From Candidatus Hermodarchaeum yapensis (lineage in GTDB: Archaea > Asgardarchaeota > Hermodarchaeia > Hermodarchaeales > Hermodarchaeaceae), in assembly GCA_016840405.1 (NCBI GenBank), contig JAEOSK010000002.1, positions 1-64,000 of the forward strand: a DNA stretch of 64,000 nt. Direction: 5' to 3'. Made by a program: the position numbers and the translations under genes. The notes beneath the pieces were generated by a model, which saw nothing but the letters and a program-made list of their open reading frames with translations, had not been told where the DNA came from and did not search any database. This document shows positions 1 to 10,335 of the stretch, in pieces (position 1 is the first letter of the stretch; the number at the start of each line of letters is the position of its first letter).

Positions 1-1
1 C

Positions 2-577
2 ATCCCTCTATTTCGTCTCAGCATGGAAATTGAAAAAGACATCGTCCGTGGACCCCTCATCTCCTATCTTGCTCGACCCATTGATTATTCGGGTTTCAAG
101 GTCTTCGCCGAACTCCCCCGAACATTGGTATACCTTGCCTTTGGTGCACTTACCTATATGATCGCCTTGCTCCTCCTTCCACTAAATATCCCAACAATTT
201 ACAATCTGTTGCTCTTCATTGGCTTCTTCTACATCGCCTTCTTCATTGCCTTTCTCCTGGTCTTTGTTATCGCATTGGCAGCCTTCTGGATGAGTTCCCT
301 TTGGTGGATCCGACACCTTCTCGGCCTCACAATGTCCATCGCTGGAGGCGCCCTAATCCCTCTCACCTACTTTCCACACCTCGCACAGATAATCTTAGGT
401 TTACTTCCATTCCAGTATTTGTACTATGTACCAACTCTAATCCTACAAGGTTACTATCTGCCTGAACAACTGTTGCCGATGGCCATCCTGGGGATCTTCT
501 GGTTCATCGCCCTGTATTTGCTTTCACGTCTTATCTGGTATTTTGGACGTAGACGGTATGAAGGCGCAGGGGGTTAA
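2..577 (+). CDS. ABC-2 family transporter permease (5' partial)
   Basis: Frame is open from the window start. Multi-TM protein with DIVRGPLISYLARP, GGALIPL and LPFQYLYYVP motifs. Confidence 0.8.
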   Translation: MPLFRLSMEIEKDIVRGPLISYLARPIDYSGFKVFAELPRTLVYLAFGALTYMIALLLLPLNIPTIYNLLLFIGFFYIAFFIAFLLVFVIALAAFWMSSLWWIRHLLGLTMSIAGGALIPLTYFPHLAQIILGLLPFQYLYYVPTLILQGYYLPEQLLPMAILGIFWFIALYLLSRLIWYFGRRRYEGAGG

Positions 578-1932
578 AGGCAAATCCAGAACCCATACTC
601 TGGTGAATTGAGAATTCGTGTGTCGGAAGGTAAATGGATGTGATTCCGAGTGAGCCGAAAGATTTGTGCGCCAGCCTCGTAAACGAAGCCACAACGACCA
701 TGGGTAATGTCCGAATCGATGCCATCGACCCAGTAACTCTTTACAATTCCAGCAGTACCAATTGTCTCATACCATTGTAATTGGTAAGTGATGAGTCCTT
801 GATCGCCAAGGGACATGATGACATCAATCGCAGTGATGACTCCGTCTTGGAAAACGTCATTCCGGAGATTGTGCCGCGTGACCGTCACGTTGGTGAATTC
901 ATGGCGGACAGTGTTACCATCAATTGTGACTCGGGGAATAATCACTGAACCATTATTGACGTTCATTCGGTTGACTTCCTCGCGGAAGTTTTCATAGATG
1001 GCACCGAGTTCTGTTGGTGTTTCCCGGAAGAATTTCAACCACGCGCCATCTTTCCAGGGGTAATGGTCCATTCGGAAGGCGTTCTGTTCTGGCCAGCCGG
1101 CATCGTAAAAGATGCGATACCACCAGTTGGTCTCACCATTCAGCGAGTCAATTATGTGTGTGTTCATACTCGTGTTGAAATGATACTCGAGCTCCACTAA
1201 TCCTTGATTGTGTAGGTGAACTAGTACGTCAAAGGCTGAGAAGTACCCTGAGTTAAACAAGTCAGGGCGTAGGGTGTCGACTTCACTGGGGTCGAAGTCG
1301 AGTTGAAGATCTTCGACCCATACTTTGTTGGTTTCCTTTGTTGGTTGTATACCATTAAGTTGGATTGTCATGAGCATTCCTCCTGTGTCCCACCAAGTAA
1401 CCAGTAAGGCGGGGACTAGAATTGCTATGAGTAGGGTTGCGTTCACTGCTGAGCCAGAAATTTGACGACGGCCTAAAGCGAATTTGGCTCCAATTCCCAC
1501 ATGAATAAAGATGAGTACAATCAAGTAGATATCATAACTCAGGTGCTGAGCGAAGGGGAGCAAAGGGCTCAGTCCTATGACATACCAATCAAGCCCGGAC
1601 ACAACTACTAGTAATGCCAGAGCTATGATAGCGATTCCAGTAATACGTTGAATGAGCTTCAACCAATTCAACGAGGTTGCTGTGCCTACCCGAATTTTCT
1701 GCCCAGCTTGCTTCCAGTAGAACTTCGTCAATAGCGAGAGAACAACGTGTATCAATATGAGTCCAATAAAGAGGATCTCGAAGATAGTGTGATAAGGTAC
1801 AATTAACGCGAATTCAATGATGTTTCGAGCGGCTAAATAGCCTGTGAGAATTGTGCCAATGGCTGTCAGTAGTAGGAACCATGAAATATATCAGTTGAAC
1901 CTAATACGCTCTCGTGGAGCTAGTACCGCCAT
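574..1932 (-). pseudogene. Membrane protein (cytochrome b-like TM helices plus soluble C-terminal domain) with an in-frame TGA at codon 14
   Basis: ATG at 1930-1932 is in frame with ORF 574-1755 and reads MAVLAPRERIRFN*YISWFLLLTAIGTILTGY. The TGA is at 1891-1893. His-bearing TM helices. Confidence 0.6.
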
Positions 1933-2040
1933 ACTAGAAATGCAACTACGTTATTTATATTTTTTTACTTTTGAGTTAATAATTATTTATTATAGTAGGT
2001 GAGCTTAAATACAACACATTCATACGAATCCTGACTAACT

Positions 2041-2793
2041 ATGCCGTTTCACATCATTAATGGAAAACAGGTCTACTACGACATCCAGGGTCAAGGAACA
2101 CCAATCCTCATGATTCATGGATCAATGTCCACACACCGAGTCTGGGATAAACAGCGCATCCTTGCCAAGAACTATGCTTTACTTTTCTTAGACCTGCCAG
2201 GCCACGGACAATCCGAACCACTCGAAGGAGAAATAACGGTCCCACGATTCGCCGAAATCGTTGCTCAGCTAATTCAAGAAATGGATCACAAAGGAGTATT
2301 CGTGATGGGGCATTCATTGGGAGGTGCCATTGCTCTTCAGCTCGCTTTAGACCATGCTTCACTTCTTGGTGGTTTGGTGTTGGTGGGAACGGGTGCAAAG
2401 CTGGGTGTGCTTCCCGCAATCCTCGAAGGTTTACGAACGGATTATCAAGCAGGGATTGAACTCGCCACGGGTCAGATGGCATTTGCAATAGGTGCAGATC
2501 CAGAGCTGGTGGAACGCAGTAAGAAAGAGTGTCTGCAATGTCCCCAGGAAGTAGGGTATAACGACTTTGTGGCATGCAATAATTTCGATGTGCGAGAACG
2601 TTTGAGTGAAATCAAGGTTCCTTCGTTGGTTGTTGTAGGGGATGAGGACAAGCTCACCCCCGTGAAATGGTCACAGTACTTAGCGGACCATCTTTTGAAT
2701 TCTGAACTGACAATTATTGAACAGGCAGGTCACATGGTGATGTTGGAACAGTCCAAAAAATTCAATCAGGCGATTACTGCTTTTCTCGGTTAG
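2041..2793 (+). CDS. alpha/beta hydrolase
   Basis: IHG, DLPGHG, GHSLGG nucleophile elbow, GDED and GH motifs. Confidence 0.92.
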   Translation: MPFHIINGKQVYYDIQGQGTPILMIHGSMSTHRVWDKQRILAKNYALLFLDLPGHGQSEPLEGEITVPRFAEIVAQLIQEMDHKGVFVMGHSLGGAIALQLALDHASLLGGLVLVGTGAKLGVLPAILEGLRTDYQAGIELATGQMAFAIGADPELVERSKKECLQCPQEVGYNDFVACNNFDVRERLSEIKVPSLVVVGDEDKLTPVKWSQYLADHLLNSELTIIEQAGHMVMLEQSKKFNQAITAFLG

Positions 2794-2878
2794 AAGCCAA
2801 TATTTTATCCAACCTGGAGTTGCCGAAATCATAATCCATAATAAGCTAGGAATCATAATTCTACTGCTTCTCAAGACC

Positions 2879-2967
2879 GGGCGGAGACCCAGAGAAGCCT
2901 TGTAGGATGGTCGCATTGGCGGGATCACATGCCACCCAGCTGTTGGCGATTCTTCTTGTCTCCGCCC
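2879..2967 (-). ncRNA. Candidate structured RNA (long GC-rich hairpin)
   Basis: GGGCGGAGAC/GTCTCCGCCC 10-bp closing stem with nested stems. The inner GGGTGG/CCATCC stem pairs fully (G-U) only on the minus strand. Confidence 0.4.
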
Positions 2968-3043
2968 CCCTCTTCCTTTAAACCCGTATCTTTTTCTGCT
3001 ACAGAATCTAGTGGTTTCACATCTAATTGAGGTAGGGATACAA

Positions 3044-3868
3044 TTGCCAGAGTTACCCGATATTGTATTGCTGGCTGAAAGTATGAATCAAGCGTTAGTG
3101 GGAAAAACGATACACCAAGTTCAAGTAAATCAACCTAAGGTGCTCAATAGGACAATTCCTACATTCAAGAATAACGTTCAAGGACGCACCTTCCAAAACT
3201 TTCAACAACGAGGAAAATGGCTGTTAAGTAGATTAGATAATGACTGGACGCTAGCGTTTAATTTGGGAATGGGTGGTGAACTTCGAATTCATTGGTCAGT
3301 TGAAACACCTGACCCTAACCGTGAACGGGTGGTCTTTTATTTCAACGATGGTGATCAATTGTGGGTGCATTTTTGGTGGTTTGGTCACATTCATCTCATT
3401 AAACCCGGAAAAGTGCAAGATCATCCGCAAGTTGGTATTCTTGGCGAGGAGCCTCTTTGTGACGATTTCACTGTGAATAAGCTAGCATCGATGTTGGAGG
3501 GCAAACGAGGACGAATCAAAAGTTATCTGTTAGACCAACGGTTCATTGCTGGGATCGGAAATGTTTACGTGCAAGATATCCTTTGGCATGCAGAATTGCA
3601 TCCCAATCGAAAATCGAATACCCTCCGTTCAGATGACATTAAGAAACTGCATCATGCAATTCAACATGTCTTAAAGGAAGGAATACGCTGGGGTCCAGGT
3701 CCAGGAGAACAGGATGTCTGGGGTACTCGTGGACAGTGGGGGAAACAACCTGGATGGCCACACATCGCCTATCGAACAGAAAAACCATGTCCAACCTGTC
3801 AAACCCTAGTTGAAGAACTTCGTGTCGGCAGTACCACCAGTTACATCTGCCCAAAATGCCAGAAATAG
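3044..3868 (+). CDS. mutM: Fpg/Nei family DNA glycosylase
   Basis: TTG start gives MPELPD. RGKW, LLDQRFIAGIGNVY (H2TH) and C-terminal CPTC..CPKCQ zinc finger. Confidence 0.92.
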   Translation: MPELPDIVLLAESMNQALVGKTIHQVQVNQPKVLNRTIPTFKNNVQGRTFQNFQQRGKWLLSRLDNDWTLAFNLGMGGELRIHWSVETPDPNRERVVFYFNDGDQLWVHFWWFGHIHLIKPGKVQDHPQVGILGEEPLCDDFTVNKLASMLEGKRGRIKSYLLDQRFIAGIGNVYVQDILWHAELHPNRKSNTLRSDDIKKLHHAIQHVLKEGIRWGPGPGEQDVWGTRGQWGKQPGWPHIAYRTEKPCPTCQTLVEELRVGSTTSYICPKCQK

Positions 3869-3929
3869 TTTGCATTGGCGATAAGATTTTCAGACCCGAT
3901 TGACCCCCACTTACTGACTGGTGTTTTGC

Positions 3930-4382
3930 ATGAGTAAAAAAGCAATCCAGGATCAATGGACCGAATATGGAACAATGTGTTGGGGCTGTGGACGAAACAA
4001 CGAACACGGTCTCCAGATCAAAAGTTATTGGGACGGCGATGAAACCGTCGCAACCTGGCACCCCCAACCCTATCACCTTGCATTCCCCGGTGCCCTCAAT
4101 GGAGGAATCATCGCTGCACTAATCGACTGTCACAGCACAAACACAGCAAACGCAGCCGCAAATAAAGCTGAAGGTCACGAACTCAGCTCTGAAATAGTGA
4201 GAACATACGTGACAGGATCACTTTTTGTAAAATATCTTAAACCTACCCCAGTAGACACGCCTGTTACCCTACGAGCACGTGTTAAAGAAATGAAGGACCA
4301 GAAGGTCACCGTCACCTGCTCACTTTACTCAGAAGGCGTAGAATGCGTGACGGGTGAAGTCGTGGCTGTCCGCGTTAAGTAG
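3930..4382 (+). CDS. PaaI/hotdog-fold thioesterase
   Basis: CWGCG.NNEHGL, NGGIIAALIDCH and VKYLKPTP motifs. Confidence 0.88.
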   Translation: MSKKAIQDQWTEYGTMCWGCGRNNEHGLQIKSYWDGDETVATWHPQPYHLAFPGALNGGIIAALIDCHSTNTANAAANKAEGHELSSEIVRTYVTGSLFVKYLKPTPVDTPVTLRARVKEMKDQKVTVTCSLYSEGVECVTGEVVAVRVK

Positions 4383-4432
4383 CAAAGCTTAATGAGGAAC
4401 ACCGTTGCCAAAGTAAAGTTGGTGATGCGCCT

Positions 4433-5200
4433 TTGAAAAAACGGATACAACCACATATACGTCTAGGCGAAGGTGATGTGGCAAAAATCGTATTCATTGC
4501 TGGGAATCCGGATCGCATTCCCAAAATTGCTGCAAAAATGAAGGATGCTGAAGAACTTGCATACTATCGAGGACTACGATCCTATCGAGCTTTTACACCA
4601 AAAGGAGTTGAGGTAACCATCGCTACCTCTGGGATGGGCACCCCCTCAACAGGGATTGTAATCGAAGAACTAGCCAAACTTGGTGCTGAAGTATTCATCC
4701 GAATTGGATCATGTGGAGGTGTCAATCCGAACGTGAAAACGGGCGATGTCGTAGTTGCCACCGGTGCCGTTCGTGATGATCTCACCAGTTCAAATTATGC
4801 TCCGATATCCTATCCAGCCGTTGCAACACCCGAAATTTATATTGCGCTGCTAAAAGCACTAAAGGATTTACTACCACCAAAGCGTATTCATGCCGGAATT
4901 GTGTGGTCTACTGATATCTACTATGACCAGCGCGAAGGAAACATTCTGGATCGGTGGACTCGGGCTCAAGTACAATGTGTGGAAATGGAATCTTCCCTAT
5001 TGTTTGTCTTTGCTCAAACCAAGGGTCTCCAGGCCGGGTCTATACTCGCTTGTGATGGAAACCTTCATTCCGACCCGAAGGGCGAGCAAACCGATGAATC
5101 TGAAGCCACTGGAGAGCAGCATCCCCTACTGGTTGAAGCAGTTTCCAAAGAAATTGAAGCAGCTGTAACGGCCGTCGATAAATTATTCGCATCAAAATAG
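4433..5200 (+). CDS. Nucleoside (uridine-type) phosphorylase
   Basis: GNPDR, SGMGTPS, IRIGSCG and VEME motifs. Confidence 0.9.
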   Translation: MKKRIQPHIRLGEGDVAKIVFIAGNPDRIPKIAAKMKDAEELAYYRGLRSYRAFTPKGVEVTIATSGMGTPSTGIVIEELAKLGAEVFIRIGSCGGVNPNVKTGDVVVATGAVRDDLTSSNYAPISYPAVATPEIYIALLKALKDLLPPKRIHAGIVWSTDIYYDQREGNILDRWTRAQVQCVEMESSLLFVFAQTKGLQAGSILACDGNLHSDPKGEQTDESEATGEQHPLLVEAVSKEIEAAVTAVDKLFASK

Positions 5201-5255
5201 AAGAACGAGGTTTCGAAGGGATACTGATAAGAATCATTACCAAAAAATACATTGT

Positions 5256-5274
5256 TAAGGAGGTAACCTCCTTA
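5256..5274. promoter_or_regulatory. Palindrome TAAGGAGGT-A-ACCTCCTTA
   Basis: Perfect 9-1-9 inverted repeat between the nucleoside phosphorylase and the small gene at 5323. Confidence 0.4.
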
Positions 5275-5322
5275 TACCCAAACCCTCCCATCCAGATTCT
5301 TTGAGCGGTCATCTGATCAAAT

Positions 5323-5568
5323 ATGAAGATTGATAAGGCTCATCAGAAGGTGAACGTGCCATTGAGTTGTGCATTACGTGGCCATGATTACGCGGCCCTT
5401 TACGCTCGACTCAATAATGAAGCCGAAGGTCCCATTGAAGGTATCATGGAAGTCTGCCGGCGCTGCGGTAAACAAAGACCACTGCAAGGTCTACTTCGGA
5501 AGGGTGCAAAACTTTTCAATGATAAAGGTCAATGGCTGACCACTGTAAAAGAAGCTGCCGTCATCTAA
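5323..5568 (+). CDS. Small hypothetical protein, possible Zn binder
   Basis: CALRGHDY...CRRCGK ligand pattern; fills the intergenic space. Confidence 0.55.
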   Translation: MKIDKAHQKVNVPLSCALRGHDYAALYARLNNEAEGPIEGIMEVCRRCGKQRPLQGLLRKGAKLFNDKGQWLTTVKEAAVI

Positions 5569-5641
5569 TTTTTTTCGAAAGCTTTTACAGGAAAAACAAC
5601 TCTATTGGGATGATTTCTTCCGTGCTAAGAGGTCGTTTTAA

Positions 5642-6439
5642 ATGTCCAGTAAATCGAGAGCGTTGTTTTTCTTTCGAAAACTGTATCTTATCATGTTACT
5701 TATCATCATCATAGCATATTTTGGTATGAGGGCACTCTACGAGATTTATGCCTTGGGTGATCTGACCATTCTCCAATGGAATTTTCTTACTGTTTCCATT
5801 CTTATTGCGTTCCTAGCGTTCTTCAATTATATCATTTCAATCTATTATGATCAAGTACGCTGGCAACCATATACGCTCCTCTTATTCATCGCGATGATTT
5901 TTGGTTCCTTAGGTGATTTTCTCCTTGGTGGGTTTGTCCCTCTTCCCATTGAACCCCTTATTCTGGGCACCGTCGCCTTCGCAATTGGACAAGTCTTCTA
6001 TCTAGTCGCCATGCGAAACCTCTCACCCCTGCTCATTAGTACGAACACTTCTTCTGAAGACACCACCTCTAAGACTCGGACAATAGTATTTCGGAATTTC
6101 ATAATCTGGCTAGCCTTCATACTCTTCGGAATAGCACTCTTCATCCTCACAGTGTTCAACCCCAGTGAACTCGAAATCAGCATCGGAGCCTTATGTTATG
6201 GACTTCTCTTTCTCTCCGTAATTGGCTTTGCCCTGACAAAATTCCTCGATGATTACCCCATCTTGTTCCGTGGTGCACTCTTCATTGGACTCTTACTGTT
6301 CTTCATCTCCGACTACGTCTTAATCATTAATCGCTTAACCACTCCCATTCTCTATGCTGGTCTCATCATCACCGTGACTTACATTATCGGACAATGTCTA
6401 ATTCACCTTACACCTCTGCTCATAGGCAAGTCAAAATAG
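5642..6439 (+). CDS. YhhN/lysoplasmalogenase-like membrane protein
   Basis: SLGDFLL, AFAIGQVFY, LFFISDYVL and TYIIGQ motifs. Confidence 0.8.
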   Translation: MSSKSRALFFFRKLYLIMLLIIIIAYFGMRALYEIYALGDLTILQWNFLTVSILIAFLAFFNYIISIYYDQVRWQPYTLLLFIAMIFGSLGDFLLGGFVPLPIEPLILGTVAFAIGQVFYLVAMRNLSPLLISTNTSSEDTTSKTRTIVFRNFIIWLAFILFGIALFILTVFNPSELEISIGALCYGLLFLSVIGFALTKFLDDYPILFRGALFIGLLLFFISDYVLIINRLTTPILYAGLIITVTYIIGQCLIHLTPLLIGKSK

Positions 6440-6514
6440 AGTAGCAACTCGAAAGGATTTATGTAGCCTCATCCTGCCAAACCATCCTACAAACCATTCT
6501 TAGTGTTGATAAAA

Positions 6515-6691
6515 ATGGGAATACACTGTCATGATATGAAAAAAGGTCAAATCTATACTTGCCCCGAGTGTGGCATTGCGCTACAAGTGGTCAAAGAATG
6601 TGAGGAATGCGGAACCCCCAAAGGTGACTGTGGGTGTGCTGCCCCCTGCGTCTTTGAATGCTGTGGCAAACCTTTGACGCTTCAAAAATAA
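6515..6691 (+). CDS. Small Cys-rich desulforedoxin-like metal-binding protein
   Basis: YTCPECG...CCGKPL frame; 10 Cys in 58 aa; followed by a hairpin and T-tract. Confidence 0.75.
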   Translation: MGIHCHDMKKGQIYTCPECGIALQVVKECEECGTPKGDCGCAAPCVFECCGKPLTLQK

Positions 6692-6861
6692 TTCACAATC
6701 ACTCATCAGGAGGCATGGGGTCTGAGATAAGATCCCCTCATCATTTTTTTATCGATTTCACCTACACCTAAATTGAAAGACCCATTAGGCTCTTAATTTT
6801 CGTCCCCTATGAAGATTGAGGGGAAAACCGTAGGGCTCTAATACTTAAGGAGAATCACTGT

Positions 6862-7815
6862 ATGCAGGTAACTGAATTGACGGACCAACTGACTGATATC
6901 ATCATTGTGGGTGGCGGACCCGCTGGACTCGCAGCTGCTATCTACACAGCACGGATGGGGTTGAAGACCCTGCTCGTTGATGGTCAAATAATTGGCGGAC
7001 GAGCAGCAACTGCACCCCACGTTTGGAATTTCCCGGGATTCCCCGAAGGTATAACAGGTATCGAACTCATTGACCTCATGATGAAACAAGCCCAAAAATT
7101 CCAAGCAGAACTCAAGTTTCCAGACGAAGTCATCGAACTCTCCCTGAAAGATAAAATGAATAAGGTGATTACACGGTCTGGTCAATATTCCTCCCGTTCT
7201 GTAATACTCGCTACAGGTACTCAACGAAAGAAACTTCTAGTGCCTGGCGAAGAGACGCTTGTGGGTCGCGGAGTGTCTTATTGTCCGGTTTGTGATGGTC
7301 CACTCTATCGAGGATTGAACGTAGCTGTAATTGGTTCCGGGAGTGAAGCCTTTGAAGATGCCATTCACCTAGCAAATCTAGTATCAAAGGTCTTCTTGAT
7401 TACTCAAAGCGAAGAAATTATCGCAGAACAAGCACTAATTAACGAAGTCAAAGCAATCTCAAACCTAGAACTCATCAAAGGACAACTCCTCACGATCCAA
7501 GGCGATGACCTTGTTTCAGCACTAACCTATTCATTACACTCAGATGGATCAGAACACGAACTTCCCATTGATGGTGTCTTTATTGCGGTGGGAAGTGTTC
7601 CGATGACAAGTCTAATGAAAAAAGCAGGTATCACTGTCGATGATAAGGGCTGTGTCATGGTTAATCGTCGACAAGAGACAAATCTTCCGGGCGTCTACGC
7701 AGCAGGAGATTGTACCTGTGGAGGCATGCAAATAATCACCGCAACCGGTGAAGGTGCAATGGCTGCCATGCAAGCACACCGATTTGTCAAATCCCAAAAA
7801 AGTAAGAAAAAATAA
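6862..7815 (+). CDS. trxB: Thioredoxin reductase-like flavoprotein
   Basis: GGGPAG, GRGVSYCPVCDG and TNLPGVYAAGD motifs. Confidence 0.9.
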   Translation: MQVTELTDQLTDIIIVGGGPAGLAAAIYTARMGLKTLLVDGQIIGGRAATAPHVWNFPGFPEGITGIELIDLMMKQAQKFQAELKFPDEVIELSLKDKMNKVITRSGQYSSRSVILATGTQRKKLLVPGEETLVGRGVSYCPVCDGPLYRGLNVAVIGSGSEAFEDAIHLANLVSKVFLITQSEEIIAEQALINEVKAISNLELIKGQLLTIQGDDLVSALTYSLHSDGSEHELPIDGVFIAVGSVPMTSLMKKAGITVDDKGCVMVNRRQETNLPGVYAAGDCTCGGMQIITATGEGAMAAMQAHRFVKSQKSKKK

Positions 7816-7835
7816 CCTCCTTCGAGAAGAGAATA

Positions 7836-9077
7836 ATGCGAAGACGAACTGTGGCTATAATCTTAATTGTGTTCATTCTCGGTTCAGTCTTCGGAGTATT
7901 CTTTATTTTCACATTTCTTAGTCAATACTCACCCCTACCTCATGAAATGGTCTGCCAGCTAACTGGAGAAGACGCCCTCAACGACACCACTGTGGTTAAT
8001 GTTTATGGTGCAGATGTAGGTTTACTAGTTGAGTGGCAAGACCGGTTGCACTTCATTTTTGGCGACACCTTTGGTCCAGATAATTGGGATTGGCGATCAA
8101 ATACAATGGCCTATACGCTAGACACCGACCCCTCAGATGGTATCGTACTGACAGATTGGATTACTGACAATGTGACGCATTTTGCTAAGGAACTGATTCA
8201 TAGTCTTAAGCTTGATGAGGTTGAGATGACAGTAATACCAACTACTGCTTACAGCAGTGGAGACTGTCTTTATGTATACTATATGTCTGTAAATACCTGG
8301 GGAGAACACGGTGATTGGACCAGTAATAATGCTAGCATTGCGTATTCCTTCGATGGACACACCTTCTTCAAGGCAACCAATATGTCTTGGTCAGGCACCT
8401 CCAATTTCGTCGAATGGGGACTGGTCAAGGGTGATGATTCAGCCCCTTCAACAGGTGGATACCTCTATTTCCTCACAACAGGAAGTGGTCGATACCATGA
8501 TTGCTTCCTTGTTCGAGTTCCTGAAAACCACATTTTGCACCAAAGCAGCTACCAATACTACATAGGACTCGGAGCCGGAGATGCTCCAACTTGGTCATCA
8601 AATCAAGAGGATGCCCAGCCTGTACTTGAAGCTCCCACGGGAGAAATTTCAGTCATGTGGAACACGTATTTGGGCAAATACACGTTAATGAATCTTGACG
8701 ATGTCCAAAAACAGATTTTAATTCGAACCGCAGACTCGCCATGGGGTCCTTGGAGTGCACCACGAATCATTATCCAACGTCCAGAATACGTAGGCTTCTA
8801 TGCACCCAATATTGATCCCATTCTCGTTGAAGACAACGGTCGAATCGTCTATTTCACGATGAGTCTTTGGTTCGAGTATAATGTGTACCTTATGAAAGTC
8901 GATTTAACCTCCTTATGGGGTTTAGCCAGTAATCACCTACTGATATCTTGTCTAGTTGCCAGTTTTGTGTCAGCATTAATGTTTGACGCTATTCGTTCCA
9001 GTGGTGACAACGTTTTCAATGGCATTAAGGGTCTTGGAAAAATCATCTTCGGTGTGCACAAAAGATACAACACCTAA
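7836..9077 (+). CDS. DUF4185 family membrane-anchored beta-propeller protein
   Basis: N-terminal TM; GADVG, FGDTFG, WRSN, GEISVMWN and PWGPWS motifs. Confidence 0.8.
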   Translation: MRRRTVAIILIVFILGSVFGVFFIFTFLSQYSPLPHEMVCQLTGEDALNDTTVVNVYGADVGLLVEWQDRLHFIFGDTFGPDNWDWRSNTMAYTLDTDPSDGIVLTDWITDNVTHFAKELIHSLKLDEVEMTVIPTTAYSSGDCLYVYYMSVNTWGEHGDWTSNNASIAYSFDGHTFFKATNMSWSGTSNFVEWGLVKGDDSAPSTGGYLYFLTTGSGRYHDCFLVRVPENHILHQSSYQYYIGLGAGDAPTWSSNQEDAQPVLEAPTGEISVMWNTYLGKYTLMNLDDVQKQILIRTADSPWGPWSAPRIIIQRPEYVGFYAPNIDPILVEDNGRIVYFTMSLWFEYNVYLMKVDLTSLWGLASNHLLISCLVASFVSALMFDAIRSSGDNVFNGIKGLGKIIFGVHKRYNT

Positions 9078-10289
9078 GCCATGATACCCGAACACACCCT
9101 CTTCAAGTAACCGACTCTGAAACACATTCGTTTTTTCAATATCAAAGACTTTGCCTAGCTTTCCAGCTGTTATCGGGCCCTCCTTAAGAGGTTCCTTTAA
9201 CGAATGGATAAACAAAATGGACCCTTTACCCATCGCCCTCTCGTTTGCATTTGCTCTTTCAAGGACGTTGTTGATCTGACGCCGTAGCTGGTCCCCACGT
9301 TGATTCAGAGTAACGTATTTCTCCTTATACGATTTGAGGACTTCAAGGGTTGTAAGTCCTGCCGTCATGGTCAAGGGGTGACTGGAGAAGGTTCCACCAC
9401 CTACCCATCGTCCTCCTGGAGCACCAGGAACAGCTAGTGCCATAACATCCTCTCTGCCACCATAGACGCCAATGGGTAGACCGCCTGCCAAGACTTTGCC
9501 ATGGGTTTGGAGATCAGGTTTTACCCCATACAATTGAATTCCGGCAGATCCATAGCAGAGCCGAAATCCAGTGATGATTTCATCAAAGATGAGGAGTATA
9601 TCCCGGGCTTCAGTTTCTTCTCTGAGATAAGGGAGAAATTCAGAATCGGGTTCAATTCCTCCTCCGGCTCCTAGGACCGGTTCGATAACAAGGGCAGCTA
9701 ATTGTTTCCCATGTTTCTTCATGAGAGTATCAACACTTCGCATATCATTGTAATCGAAGGATACACCATTATAGTAGGGGTCGTCCGTGTATGGATACTT
9801 AAGGTGATAGCCGAGAGCGTCATTACCACCGTGCCATCCGCCCCACGCCTTTGCAACTAATTTTCGTCCAGTAAACAAACGTGCTAGTCGGGTTGCATAC
9901 ATGGTGGACTCGCTACCAGTTGTACAAAATCGCATCTTCTCTAACTCGGGGATAGCTTCTTGGATTTTCTCTGCAAATATCACTTGGTCTTCATTCAACG
10001 CACCCAAATGCCAGCCTTCTCGAAGTCGTTGTTCTAAGGCTTGATGGATTTGTGGAGAGTTGTGGCCTAAAATCATACAATAGTGGGTCATCCAGTAATC
10101 GATGTATTCATTCCCGTCCACATCCCAGATATGACTTCCCTCACCACGGTGCATAAATGGTGGATGAGCCTGACAGCTGTTCAATCCAAAGATTCGAATA
10201 TTATGATTGACTCCACCACAAAACACCTTTTGGGCACGTATCCAAAGTTGACTGGAATTTGGAGAGGCCTGTCGGTAGCGTTCAAGCAT
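8976..10289 (-). CDS. Class III PLP aminotransferase (GSA aminomutase-like)
   Basis: DVDGNEYID, LGH, GSEST, FDEIITGFR, GKVLAGG (PLP Lys) and GGTFS motifs. Confidence 0.9.
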   Translation of the reverse strand: MLERYRQASPNSSQLWIRAQKVFCGGVNHNIRIFGLNSCQAHPPFMHRGEGSHIWDVDGNEYIDYWMTHYCMILGHNSPQIHQALEQRLREGWHLGALNEDQVIFAEKIQEAIPELEKMRFCTTGSESTMYATRLARLFTGRKLVAKAWGGWHGGNDALGYHLKYPYTDDPYYNGVSFDYNDMRSVDTLMKKHGKQLAALVIEPVLGAGGGIEPDSEFLPYLREETEARDILLIFDEIITGFRLCYGSAGIQLYGVKPDLQTHGKVLAGGLPIGVYGGREDVMALAVPGAPGGRWVGGGTFSSHPLTMTAGLTTLEVLKSYKEKYVTLNQRGDQLRRQINNVLERANANERAMGKGSILFIHSLKEPLKEGPITAGKLGKVFDIEKTNVFQSRLLEEGVFGYHGLGVVSFVHTEDDFSKTLNAIENVVTTGTNSVKH

Positions 10290-10335
10290 TCTAAATTCAC
10301 CAATAATGGGTGAATGTGGTGTTTAATCCTTTTAA

